DNA from: Pseudomonadota bacterium | GTDB lineage: Bacteria > Pseudomonadota > Gammaproteobacteria > Chromatiales > Chromatiaceae | DNA length: 64,000 bases | Assembly (NCBI GenBank): GCA_039714735.1 | Contig: JBDLIT010000003.1 | Span: 8,494 to 72,493 of the forward strand | Direction of reading: 5' to 3' | In this document: in pieces, positions 52,887-64,000 of the stretch | How the letters are laid out: each line of letters starts with the position of its first letter | Position numbering within the stretch: the stretch's first letter is position 1 | Made by a program: the position numbers and the translations under genes | The notes under the pieces: model-generated | Databases searched by the model: none | What the model saw: the letters and a program-made list of their open reading frames with translations, nothing else | Told to the model about the DNA's origin: nothing

Positions 52887-53678
52887 ATGGGACATATCAT
52901 CTGTATCGCCAACCAGAAGGGCGGCGTCGGCAAGACCACGACTACTGTGAACCTGGCCGCCTCCCTGGCGGCCATGAAAAAGAGAATCCTGATGGTGGAT
53001 CTTGATCCCCAGGGAAACGCCAGCATGGGCGCAGGGGTGGACAAGCACAATCTCGAACATTCGAGTTGCGATGTGCTGCTGGGTGATGTTCGCATGAATG
53101 ACGCCGTGGTCAAGGCGCCGGAGGCTGGCTTTGATGTCCTGCCGGCTAATTCCGACCTGACCGCCGCCGAAGTGGGATTGATGACCGCCGCGATGCGAGA
53201 AAAGCGCCTCAGCCTGGCCCTGGCTACGGTCAAGGCGCAGTATGATTTTATTCTGGTTGACTGCCCTCCTTCACTCAACATGCTGACATTGAATGCCCTG
53301 GTGGCGGCGGATGGCGTGTTGATACCGATACAGACCGAGTATTATGCCCTGGAGGGTCTTTCGGCATTGATGAATACGGTGAATCAGATTCAGTCACACC
53401 TCAATCCCGGCTTGGTGATCGAGGGCTTTCTGCGAACCATGCACGACCCGCGAAATAATCTGGCGATCGATGTGTCCACCCAGCTGATCTCCCATTTCAG
53501 AGATGAAGTGTTCAATACGATCATTCCACGGAATGTTCGGGTGGCTGAAGCGCCAAGTCATGGCAAACCCATTTTACTGTATGATAAGGCGTCACGTGGC
53601 GCGACGGCATATCTGGCCCTGGCCAGTGAGTTGATGCGTAGACACCGCATGCGAAATTCAGAATTGAAACAGGCATAA
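52887..53678 (+). CDS. parA: Chromosome partitioning ATPase ParA (Soj)
   Basis: Deviant Walker A IANQKGGVGKTTT, with ILVDCPPSL. It lies upstream of parB. Confidence 0.93.
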   Translation: MGHIICIANQKGGVGKTTTTVNLAASLAAMKKRILMVDLDPQGNASMGAGVDKHNLEHSSCDVLLGDVRMNDAVVKAPEAGFDVLPANSDLTAAEVGLMTAAMREKRLSLALATVKAQYDFILVDCPPSLNMLTLNALVAADGVLIPIQTEYYALEGLSALMNTVNQIQSHLNPGLVIEGFLRTMHDPRNNLAIDVSTQLISHFRDEVFNTIIPRNVRVAEAPSHGKPILLYDKASRGATAYLALASELMRRHRMRNSELKQA

Positions 53679-53690
53679 CGGAAAAGATAT

Positions 53691-54575
53691 ATGGCGGCGA
53701 AGAAGCGTGGCCTCGGCCGGGGTCTTGATGCCCTGCTTGGCGGCATCAATAATGAAGCGGAAACGACAGGAGGGTCTGTTACTGCTGACATTTCCAATCT
53801 GACCCGGTTGCCGGTGGATCTCATTCAACGGGGACGTTATCAGCCACGCCGGGAATTTGATCCCGACAGTTTAAGAGAGCTGGCGGATTCGATCGCCGCG
53901 CAAGGAGTGATTCAGCCGATCATAGTCAGACCGGTGGAGAATGACCGCTATGAACTGATTGCCGGTGAGCGCCGATGGCGTGCATCGCAACAGGCCGGTC
54001 TGGACGAGATACCGGTTGTGGTCAAGGATGTGACTGAAGAAGCGGCCATGGCCATGGGGCTGATCGAGAACATCCAGCGCGAGGACCTCAATCCCCTCGA
54101 GGAGGCGAATGCCCTGAGCCGTCTGCTCCTTGAATTCGAATTGACCCACCAGGCTGTAGCCAAGGCGGTCGGTAAGTCCCGCACCACGGTCACCAATCTG
54201 CTGCGCCTGTTGGAACTCAACGAAGATGTAAAGGGATTTGTCGAAACAGGCAAACTGGAGATGGGGCATGCCCGCTCACTCCTGGGCCTCAAAGGTGAGA
54301 AGCAGAGCGAGGCAGCTGCCAAGGTTGTATCTCAGGGCCTCTCTGTGAGAGAGACTGAGAGACTGGTGCGGCGTCTGCAAGGCCAGGAAGAGAATCCTGT
54401 AAAGGTTCAGGCGCCTGCGGAGGAAGACCCGGATATCAAACGCCTGTTGAGTGATCTGACGGATCGGCTTGGCGCCAAGGTCAATCTCCAGCAAAACGCA
54501 AAGGGCAAGGGAAAGCTGGTCATCAGCTATAACAGTCTTGATGAACTTGAAGGCATCCTCGACCATATAAAATGA
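53691..54575 (+). CDS. parB: Chromosome partitioning protein ParB (Spo0J)
   Basis: KRGLGRGLDALL, ParB box IQPIIVRP..YELIAGERRWRA, and the HTH LTHQAVAKAVGKSRTTVTNLLRLL. Confidence 0.93.
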   Translation: MAAKKRGLGRGLDALLGGINNEAETTGGSVTADISNLTRLPVDLIQRGRYQPRREFDPDSLRELADSIAAQGVIQPIIVRPVENDRYELIAGERRWRASQQAGLDEIPVVVKDVTEEAAMAMGLIENIQREDLNPLEEANALSRLLLEFELTHQAVAKAVGKSRTTVTNLLRLLELNEDVKGFVETGKLEMGHARSLLGLKGEKQSEAAAKVVSQGLSVRETERLVRRLQGQEENPVKVQAPAEEDPDIKRLLSDLTDRLGAKVNLQQNAKGKGKLVISYNSLDELEGILDHIK

Positions 54576-54606
54576 ACCTTCATATTAAGATTTATTCACC
54601 CATCCT

Positions 54607-54635
54607 TTGACCTTATATCGAGTAACCCTTATACT
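54607..54635 (+). promoter_or_regulatory. Candidate sigma-70 promoter of the atp operon
   Basis: TTGACC-N17-TATACT, about 45 nt upstream of the atpI GTG. Confidence 0.45.
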
Positions 54636-54678
54636 CCCCCAGGCTTACGGGTAAGAGCCTAAAGGGGTACCGGAAACT

Positions 54679-55930
<1,252 letters not shown>

Positions 55931-55942
55931 TTTTACTTTTAA

Positions 55943-56206
<264 letters not shown>

Positions 56207-56261
56207 TCTGGTCCATTGAGCGAACTGACTATCATCTCGTTCAACGAGAGGTAACTCCAGG

Positions 56262-56732
56262 ATGAACATCAATCTGACTCTGATTGGTCAGCTGCTCTCC
56301 TTTATGGTGTTCGTGTGGTTCACGATGAAATATGTGTGGACACCCATCATGGGAGCGCTAGAGACCCGCAAGAATGAAATTGCGGCAGGTTTGGCTGCTG
56401 CAGAGCGCGGTCAGCATGAACAGGAACTTGCCAAGGAGCGGGCCAAGGGCGTGCTGCACGAGGCAAAGTCTCAGGCTGCCGAGATCGTTTCACAGGCACA
56501 GAAACGCGCCGCCGAGATTGTCGACGAAGCCAAAAATAATGCACGGGGTGAAGGTGATCGAATCCTCACCGCTGCTCAGGCGGAGATAGAACAGGAGGCG
56601 AATCGCGCCCGTGAACATCTTCGCGAGAAGGTCGGCGAGCTGGCAATTGCAGGCGCCGAGAAGATCCTGAGAAAAGAGATCAACGCTGAGACACATAAAG
56701 ACATCGTCGAAGCATTGGCGCAAGAGATCTAA
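56262..56732 (+). CDS. atpF: F0F1 ATP synthase subunit b
   Basis: A single N-terminal TM followed by a long charged helix; 156 aa, in operon position. Confidence 0.92.
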   Translation: MNINLTLIGQLLSFMVFVWFTMKYVWTPIMGALETRKNEIAAGLAAAERGQHEQELAKERAKGVLHEAKSQAAEIVSQAQKRAAEIVDEAKNNARGEGDRILTAAQAEIEQEANRAREHLREKVGELAIAGAEKILRKEINAETHKDIVEALAQEI

Positions 56733-56737
56733 GGCAT

Positions 56738-57277
56738 ATGGCAGGTGAAGCAACAACCATCGCACGCCCATACGCGGAAGCGATTTTTGCACGGGCCGAT
56801 GAGACAGGTACACTGGATCTCTGGTCAGAAATGCTGGAACTAATGACCGCTGTAGTGAGTGACTCAACCATGGTGGGGATTGTGAAAAATCCCTTGTTTT
56901 CGCGTGAGAAGATAGCCAGCCTATTACTGGATATTGGTGGTGGTCGTCTTACCGATGAAGGTGGGAATCTTGTCAAGTTGCTGACTCAGAATGGAAGGCT
57001 GTCCGTTCTTCCTGAGATCACCGATCTGTTCACAGAGCTAAAAGCGGAAAAAGACCGCATGCTGAAAGTGCATATTGTTTCCGCCTATGCGCTCAAACCG
57101 GCTCAGGAAAAACAGTTAGCCGATGCCTTGAAAGAAAAATTGGGCAGAGATGTGACCATCACCAGCGAGAAGGACCCCGATCTAATCGGTGGCATCCATA
57201 TCCGCGCTGGAGATACAGTGATCGACGGCTCAGTAAAAGGCCAACTGCAGCAACTGGCGAACGAATTGGGAATTTAA
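56738..57277 (+). CDS. atpH: F0F1 ATP synthase subunit delta
   Basis: [11 protein letters not shown]... and the C-terminal GG..IRAGD.VIDGSV motif. Confidence 0.92.
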   Translation: MAGEATTIARPYAEAIFARADETGTLDLWSEMLELMTAVVSDSTMVGIVKNPLFSREKIASLLLDIGGGRLTDEGGNLVKLLTQNGRLSVLPEITDLFTELKAEKDRMLKVHIVSAYALKPAQEKQLADALKEKLGRDVTITSEKDPDLIGGIHIRAGDTVIDGSVKGQLQQLANELGI

Positions 57278-57290
57278 GCGAGAAGCCAAC

Positions 57291-58832
57291 ATGCAACTCA
57301 ATCCATCCGAGATCAGCGAACTGATCAAGAGTAAGATCGAAAAATTCGATCTCAAGACCGAAGCCCGCAATGAGGGTACGGTTATCACCCTTACTGACGG
57401 TATCGCCCGTATCCATGGCCTGGAAGACGCCATGTCATACGAGATGCTTGAATTTCCAGGCAACACCTACGGTCTGGCCCTGAACCTGGAGCGAGACTCC
57501 GTGGGTGCCGTGATCTTAGGTGACTACAAGCATCTGACCGAAGGTGACGCAGTCAAATGTACCGGCCGCGTGCTGGAAGTTCCGGTTGGTGAAGGCCTGC
57601 TGGGACGTGTCGTTGACTCCTTGGGTAATCCGCTGGATGGCAAGGGAGCGATTGAATCAAACGAATCAGCAACCATCGAAAAAGTCGCACCGGGCGTTAT
57701 CGAACGTAAATCTGTCGATCAACCGGTGCAGACAGGTATCAAGGCGATCGACGCCATGGTGCCGATTGGGCGTGGTCAGCGTGAATTGATCATCGGTGAC
57801 CGGCAGACCGGTAAGTCTGCGGTGGCGATCGATGCGATCATCAATCAGAAAGGCACCGGCATCAAGTGCATCTATGTTGCTATCGGGCAGAAGAACTCCA
57901 CCATTGCCCAGGTAGTGCGTAAGTTGGAAGAGCACGATGCGATGGAACATACCATCATCGTAGCCGCACCTGCCGCCGATTCAGCGGCCATGCAGTTCCT
58001 GGCGCCCTATGCCGGCTGCACCATGGGCGAGTACTTCCGGGACAAGGGTGAAGATGCCCTCATCATTTATGACGATTTGACCAAGCAGGCTTGGGCCTAC
58101 CGCCAGGTCTCCTTACTGCTAAGGCGTCCACCTGGCCGCGAAGCCTACCCGGGTGATGTTTTCTATCTGCATTCACGCCTGCTGGAACGCTCTTCCAGGG
58201 TCAATGAGGCGTTTGTTGAAAAGGCCACAGGTGGCAAAGTCAAAGGTAAGACAGGTTCATTGACCGCACTGCCGATCATTGAAACCCAGGCCGGTGACGT
58301 GTCAGCTTTCGTGCCGACCAACGTAATCTCCATTACCGACGGGCAGATCTTCCTTGAGGCGGATTTGTTCAATTCAGGCATACGCCCCGCGATCAATGCA
58401 GGCCTGTCTGTCTCCCGTGTGGGTGGCGCCGCTCAGACCAAGATCATCAAGAAACTCGGTGGCGGCGTGCGTTTGTCGCTCGCACAATATCGCGAATTGG
58501 CGGCCTTCTCTCAGTTTGCCTCAGATCTCGATGAAGCCACCAGGGCGCAGCTTGAACGCGGTGAACGCGCTACCGAGTTGATGAAACAAGCTCAGTATTC
58601 GCCACTCAGTATTGCAGATATGGCAGTCTCGCTGTTTTCAGCTAATGAAGGCTACCTGGATGATGTGAGTGCGAAGAAGATCGTGGATTTCGAATCTGCC
58701 CTGCACGGTTACATGAACAGCAGTCAAAAAGCATTGATGGATAAAATCAATGAAACGGCAGATTACAATCCGGATATTGAGCAGTCCCTGCATGATGCCC
58801 TGAAAGACTTCAAGGCCAACCACACCTGGTAA
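57291..58832 (+). CDS. atpA: F0F1 ATP synthase subunit alpha
   Basis: [13 protein letters not shown] (P-loop) and [31 protein letters not shown]. Confidence 0.97.
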   Translation: MQLNPSEISELIKSKIEKFDLKTEARNEGTVITLTDGIARIHGLEDAMSYEMLEFPGNTYGLALNLERDSVGAVILGDYKHLTEGDAVKCTGRVLEVPVGEGLLGRVVDSLGNPLDGKGAIESNESATIEKVAPGVIERKSVDQPVQTGIKAIDAMVPIGRGQRELIIGDRQTGKSAVAIDAIINQKGTGIKCIYVAIGQKNSTIAQVVRKLEEHDAMEHTIIVAAPAADSAAMQFLAPYAGCTMGEYFRDKGEDALIIYDDLTKQAWAYRQVSLLLRRPPGREAYPGDVFYLHSRLLERSSRVNEAFVEKATGGKVKGKTGSLTALPIIETQAGDVSAFVPTNVISITDGQIFLEADLFNSGIRPAINAGLSVSRVGGAAQTKIIKKLGGGVRLSLAQYRELAAFSQFASDLDEATRAQLERGERATELMKQAQYSPLSIADMAVSLFSANEGYLDDVSAKKIVDFESALHGYMNSSQKALMDKINETADYNPDIEQSLHDALKDFKANHTW

Positions 58833-58876
58833 ACCGGAAGTTCACAGAGACATCCAAAGATAGGGTTTAGAAAGAT

Positions 58877-59737
58877 ATGGCAGGCGCAAAAGAGATACGC
58901 ACCCAGATCGCTAGTATCAAAAATACGCGTAAGATAACCAGCGCGATGGAGATGGTTGCGGCCGCCAAGATGCGTAAGGCTCAGAGTCGCATGGTTGAGA
59001 CTCGGCCATACGCAGAGAAGATGCGGAACGTTATTGGTCATCTCTACCATGCCCATCCAGAGTATCGCCACAGTTTTATGGTGGAGCGGGAGGTCAAACG
59101 GATTGGCTATATTATTGTTTCTTCTGATCGGGGACTTTGTGGCGGATTGAACAACAATATGTTCCGTAAACTCCTCAAAGAGATCAAGGTGCAACAGAAA
59201 GAAGGTGTGGACGTTGCCTTCTGCACAATTGGGAATAAGGCCTTGGGTTTCTTTGGCCGGTTTGGCGGGAACCTGATGAGTCAGGCGGCGCACATGGGCG
59301 ATGCGCCACATATTGAGGATCTGATCGGTACCGTAAAGGTCATGCTGGATGCCTACGAAGCCGGTGAAATCGACGCCATCTACATTGCTTACAATGAGTT
59401 CGTGAATACCATGACTCAGAATCCGAGCATAGAGAGACTGCTCCCCATTACGTCAGAGCTCAACAAGGAGTTGCGGCATCATTGGGACTATATCTATGAA
59501 CCGGATTCAAAGGATGTGCTTGATAATCTGCTGAGCCGCTATGTTGAGTCCCTGGTCTATCAGGCCGTGGTGGAAAATGGCGCCTGTGAACAGTCCGCCC
59601 GAATGGTCGCCATGAAGGCGGCATCTGACAATGCGGGTGACCTTATTAACGAACTACAGCTCATCTACAACAAAGCGCGTCAGGCAGCGATTACCCAAGA
59701 GATCTCTGAGATCGTAAGTGGAGCAGCAGCAGTCTAG
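58877..59737 (+). CDS. atpG: F0F1 ATP synthase subunit gamma
   Basis: [36 protein letters not shown] and the C-terminal [15 protein letters not shown]. Confidence 0.95.
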   Translation: MAGAKEIRTQIASIKNTRKITSAMEMVAAAKMRKAQSRMVETRPYAEKMRNVIGHLYHAHPEYRHSFMVEREVKRIGYIIVSSDRGLCGGLNNNMFRKLLKEIKVQQKEGVDVAFCTIGNKALGFFGRFGGNLMSQAAHMGDAPHIEDLIGTVKVMLDAYEAGEIDAIYIAYNEFVNTMTQNPSIERLLPITSELNKELRHHWDYIYEPDSKDVLDNLLSRYVESLVYQAVVENGACEQSARMVAMKAASDNAGDLINELQLIYNKARQAAITQEISEIVSGAAAV

Positions 59738-59775
59738 CCGCTGCCCTTGCCCTTGGTACAGAATCTAGTTTTTAA

Positions 59776-61191
<1,416 letters not shown>

Positions 61192-61213
61192 GAATCTGAC
61201 GGGAGAATAAGCC

Positions 61214-61642
61214 ATGGCAATGACGATCCATGTTGATATCGTAAGCGCCGAAGGTGAGATCTTTGCCGGCAGTGCCGAGATGATCTATGCACCAGCCGCG
61301 ATGGGCGAAGTAGGCATAGCTCCCCGCCATACACCAATGGTAACCCGCTTGAAGCCAGGGGAAGTTCGGGTGGATACCGGGGGTGGCAATGAGATGCAGC
61401 ACTTCTATGTGTCTGGCGGTATCCTTGAAGTCCAGCCGCATCTGGTGACCGTATTGGCGGATACCGCACTGCGGGCTGCAGACCTCGATGAGGTGGCTGC
61501 GCAAGAGGCCAAACGCCGTGCTGAAGAGGCGATTTCCAATAAAACTGCAGAATTCGAGTATGCGAGAGCCCAATCAGAGCTGGCTGAGGCCGTTGCTCAA
61601 CTACGGGCTATTCAAAACGTCCGCAAGGGCAAGCGCGCCTAA
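61214..61642 (+). CDS. atpC: F0F1 ATP synthase subunit epsilon
   Basis: 142 aa. A beta-sandwich N-terminus ([11 protein letters not shown]) and a helical hairpin C-terminus. It is the last gene of the atp operon. Confidence 0.93.
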   Translation: MAMTIHVDIVSAEGEIFAGSAEMIYAPAAMGEVGIAPRHTPMVTRLKPGEVRVDTGGGNEMQHFYVSGGILEVQPHLVTVLADTALRAADLDEVAAQEAKRRAEEAISNKTAEFEYARAQSELAEAVAQLRAIQNVRKGKRA

Positions 61643-61662
61643 TTTTCTTCTTCCTAGTATGG

Positions 61663-61680
61663 ACCTGAGGTTTCTCAGGT
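61663..61680 (+). terminator. Hairpin after atpC (weak terminator or processing site)
   Basis: ACCTGAG-gttt-CTCAGGT forms a 7-bp stem 20 nt after the atpC stop. No strong U-tract follows. Confidence 0.3.
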
Positions 61681-61698
61681 TCTCCATCCGAGTCCGCT

Positions 61699-62187
61699 AT
61701 GTCCAATCAAACTATCAAACTGGGGAAATTTGTTTCCCTGACCTACTCTATCTCTGATACCGAAGGTAATATTCTTGAGCAGAGTGATCTGCCGGTTAAC
61801 TACATTCATGGTGGAGAGACTGAACTGATAGGTGGAATGGACAAGGCCGTTGCGGGAAAAAAGACAGGTGATGAAGTCATTATCACACTGACACCCAAAC
61901 AAGGTTTTGGTGAACATGATCCTGATTTGACCTTTACCGATGATCTGGAAAATGTGCCTCACGAATTCAGACAACTCGGTGCAGAAGTTCAGATGCAGAA
62001 TGAAGAAGGGGATGCGAAAAGTTTTTTCGTAACCAAGATTGATAATGGCAAATTGACGGTTGATGGGAATCACCCATTGGCAGGCAAGAATCTTGAAGTC
62101 AAAGTTAAAATCCTGGAAGTACGAGATGCTACCAAGGAAGATGCGATGCAAGTTGGCATCCCAGGACAGAGTCCTACACTGAATTAA
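61699..62187 (+). CDS. FKBP-type peptidyl-prolyl cis-trans isomerase (SlyD/FkpB-like, with an IF insert and no His-rich tail)
   Basis: VSLTYSISDTEGNILEQSD.PVNYIHGG..LIGGMDKAVAGKKTGDEVIITLTPKQGFGEHDPDL...DGNHPLAGKNLEVKVKILEV. Confidence 0.8.
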   Translation: MSNQTIKLGKFVSLTYSISDTEGNILEQSDLPVNYIHGGETELIGGMDKAVAGKKTGDEVIITLTPKQGFGEHDPDLTFTDDLENVPHEFRQLGAEVQMQNEEGDAKSFFVTKIDNGKLTVDGNHPLAGKNLEVKVKILEVRDATKEDAMQVGIPGQSPTLN

Positions 62188-62393
62188 TAATCTGTTTCAC
62201 ATCGCAGTTTTAATGCACATTGCTGATCAGTGTGCCTAGTCGTTGCAAAACCTATAATAAAAACCATATAAAAAGATAGATCAGTTTTTGATCGATGTTA
62301 TAGATTTTTGTTGTTGCGGGTCCTCGTTCATAATTCATACCCTATACTTAAATTTTTTAAGTTGAACGTTTCTCTTCTTCAATGGGAGTACCC

Positions 62394-63764
62394 ATGAAAT
62401 TAGGTGTTTTGATTCTGGCCGCCGGTGAAGGAACCAGGATGCGTTCCAATCAGCCGAAAGTTCTTCATGAACTCGCGGGTAAGCCACTGTTATCTCATGT
62501 CATCGATACTGCCCGTGATTTCTCACCCGATGAGATCACCGTTGTGTATGGTCATGGTGGAGAGCAGGTTCGCAATTTACTTGATGCGGATGACATTGAT
62601 TGGTGCGAACAAAAAGAACGACTTGGTACCGGGCATGCAGTGATACAGGCGCTGCCTTTTCTCCAGCGAGTGGATCAGGTAATCATACTTTATGGTGATG
62701 TACCGCTGATCAGTGATGAAGCCCTTAAGTCTATGTTACAGAGTCTGCGGAAGACTGACTTGGTGCTGCTCACCGTCAATCTTGCTGATCCCACAGGATA
62801 TGGCCGCATAGTACGTGATGACTCGAATCAGGTTCGCGCTATCGTTGAACACAAAGACGCCAATGAATTTCAGCTGGAGATCAATGAGATCAATACTGGC
62901 ATCATGGCGCTTAGCAGGCCAAAGCTCGAATCCTGGTTGGCTAAGATAGACAACAAGAATTCTCAGGGTGAGTATTACCTGACTGACATTATCGCACTGG
63001 CAGTCAGGGACGGTGTGGAAATCGGCGTAGTGCATCCAGACGAAGAAGAAGAGGTCATGGGTATCAACGACCGAAAGCAGCTTGCCTATCTTGAGCGGCA
63101 CTATCAAAGAAAAATAGCTGATGAGTTGATGGCTTCCGGAATAACCCTGGCAGATCCCGCCAGACTCGATATTCGTGGCAATCTAGAGGCAGGCCGTGAT
63201 GTAACGATCGATTGCAACGTGATTCTTGAAGGTGATGTTGAACTCGCTGAGGGCGTTACTATTGGTCCCAATGTCCTAATCAAGAATTCAGTTATTCACG
63301 AAAACGTTGAGATCTTCGCTAACAGCGTCGTAGAAGACGCCGAAATAGGCGCTAATTCGCGAATTGGTCCATTTGCCCGGATTCGACCGGAAAGCAAACT
63401 GGCGGATCATGTGCATATTGGAAATTTTGTTGAGATCAAGAAAAGTCAGGTTGCCAGCGGAAGTAAAATCAATCACTTGAGTTATGTCGGAGATAGCCAG
63501 ATTGGCAGCAAGGTGAATATCGGCGCAGGAACAATCACCTGTAATTATGATGGCGCGAATAAACACCAGACCATCATTGGCGACAATGCCTTTATTGGTT
63601 CCGATACACAATTGGTTGCACCCGTCACTGTCGGGGCAGGCGCCACCATCGGTGCGGGCTCGACCATTACAAAAGACACCCCGATGGATAAACTGACTCT
63701 CAGCAGATCGAAGCAGATCAGCGTGGATAACTACCAACGCCCGGTCAAACAACCCAAACAGTAG
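62394..63764 (+). CDS. glmU: Bifunctional UDP-N-acetylglucosamine pyrophosphorylase / GlcN-1-P N-acetyltransferase
   Basis: VLILAAGEGTRMRS, and C-terminal left-handed beta-helix hexapeptide repeats. The ATG at 62394 follows GGGAG. Confidence 0.95.
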   Translation: MKLGVLILAAGEGTRMRSNQPKVLHELAGKPLLSHVIDTARDFSPDEITVVYGHGGEQVRNLLDADDIDWCEQKERLGTGHAVIQALPFLQRVDQVIILYGDVPLISDEALKSMLQSLRKTDLVLLTVNLADPTGYGRIVRDDSNQVRAIVEHKDANEFQLEINEINTGIMALSRPKLESWLAKIDNKNSQGEYYLTDIIALAVRDGVEIGVVHPDEEEEVMGINDRKQLAYLERHYQRKIADELMASGITLADPARLDIRGNLEAGRDVTIDCNVILEGDVELAEGVTIGPNVLIKNSVIHENVEIFANSVVEDAEIGANSRIGPFARIRPESKLADHVHIGNFVEIKKSQVASGSKINHLSYVGDSQIGSKVNIGAGTITCNYDGANKHQTIIGDNAFIGSDTQLVAPVTVGAGATIGAGSTITKDTPMDKLTLSRSKQISVDNYQRPVKQPKQ

Positions 63765-63783
63765 CTAACAGGAGCCTTTCACT

Positions 63784-64000
63784 ATGTGTGGCATTGTAGG
63801 AGCAGTTGCGCAACGTGATGTGGCGCCGATTTTGTTGGAAGGTCTGAAACGACTTGAGTACCGTGGTTACGACTCTGCCGGTCTTGCTGTGCTGAATGAT
63901 AATCAGTGTATGACCCGGCATCGGACTCTGGGCAAGGTCAAGGAACTGGAAGACGCCTACAATGAAAATCCACTACCCGGCAAGATCGGTATCGCACATA
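63784..64000 (+). CDS. glmS: Glutamine--fructose-6-phosphate aminotransferase, 5' portion (runs off the window)
   Basis: My translation is [36 protein letters not shown]..., with the Ntn Cys2 at the N-terminus. Confidence 0.93.
   Translation, partial: MCGIVGAVAQRDVAPILLEGLKRLEYRGYDSAGLAVLNDNQCMTRHRTLGKVKELEDAYNENPLPGKIGIAH

Noticed and set aside
62199-62206. A TGTTTCAC half-site after the PPIase gene that resembles half of a parS site.
   Set aside because: The other half (ATCGCAGT) does not complete the palindrome, so it is not a credible ParB site.

Overview
This window looks like the replication-origin region of a gammaproteobacterial chromosome, at roughly 50% GC overall. Gene order matches the Pseudomonas type from memory: glyQ-glyS-gmhB-plsC, then gyrB-recF-dnaN-dnaA on the minus strand. 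These diverge from rpmH-rnpA-yidD-yidC-mnmE on the plus strand, followed by mnmG-rsmG-parA-parB, atpIBEFHAGDC, glmU and glmS. The left third holds housekeeping and regulatory genes: an ArsR-type regulator, a rhodanese, secB, gpsA, trmL, a class-1 PyrD-like gene, an HDOD protein, an AI-2E transporter, cysC, cca, hemE, nfi and glnA-ntrB-ntrC. It also holds a few poorly characterised genes. I found no rRNA, tRNA, CRISPR array, transposase, integrase or obvious defence island. Most of the window is ordinary core genome, and I cannot point to one clearly novel multi-gene system. These observations deserve a second look: (1) A 237-bp MITE-like element with terminal inverted repeats and a nested internal hairpin has two full copies, each starting just after a stop codon, plus end fragments. 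(2) A GC trough is centred on recF-dnaN-dnaA, where single 60-nt lines fall to 23-35% GC against 50-65% elsewhere. (3) Two perfect, inverted DnaA boxes and a very AT-rich tract lie between dnaA and dnaN, while the expected rpmH-dnaA spacer has only one perfect box. (4) Two canonical parS palindromes are embedded in recF codons. (5) A tightly coupled operon encodes a PP-loop ATPase, a TusA-like protein and a CDF transporter. (6) A c-type-heme (Tll0287/DUF3365-like) sensor ends after its HAMP domain, sits next to a dihaem cytochrome c, and is bracketed by fragments of the repeat element. All functional calls rest on motif recognition by eye, since no database search was possible.
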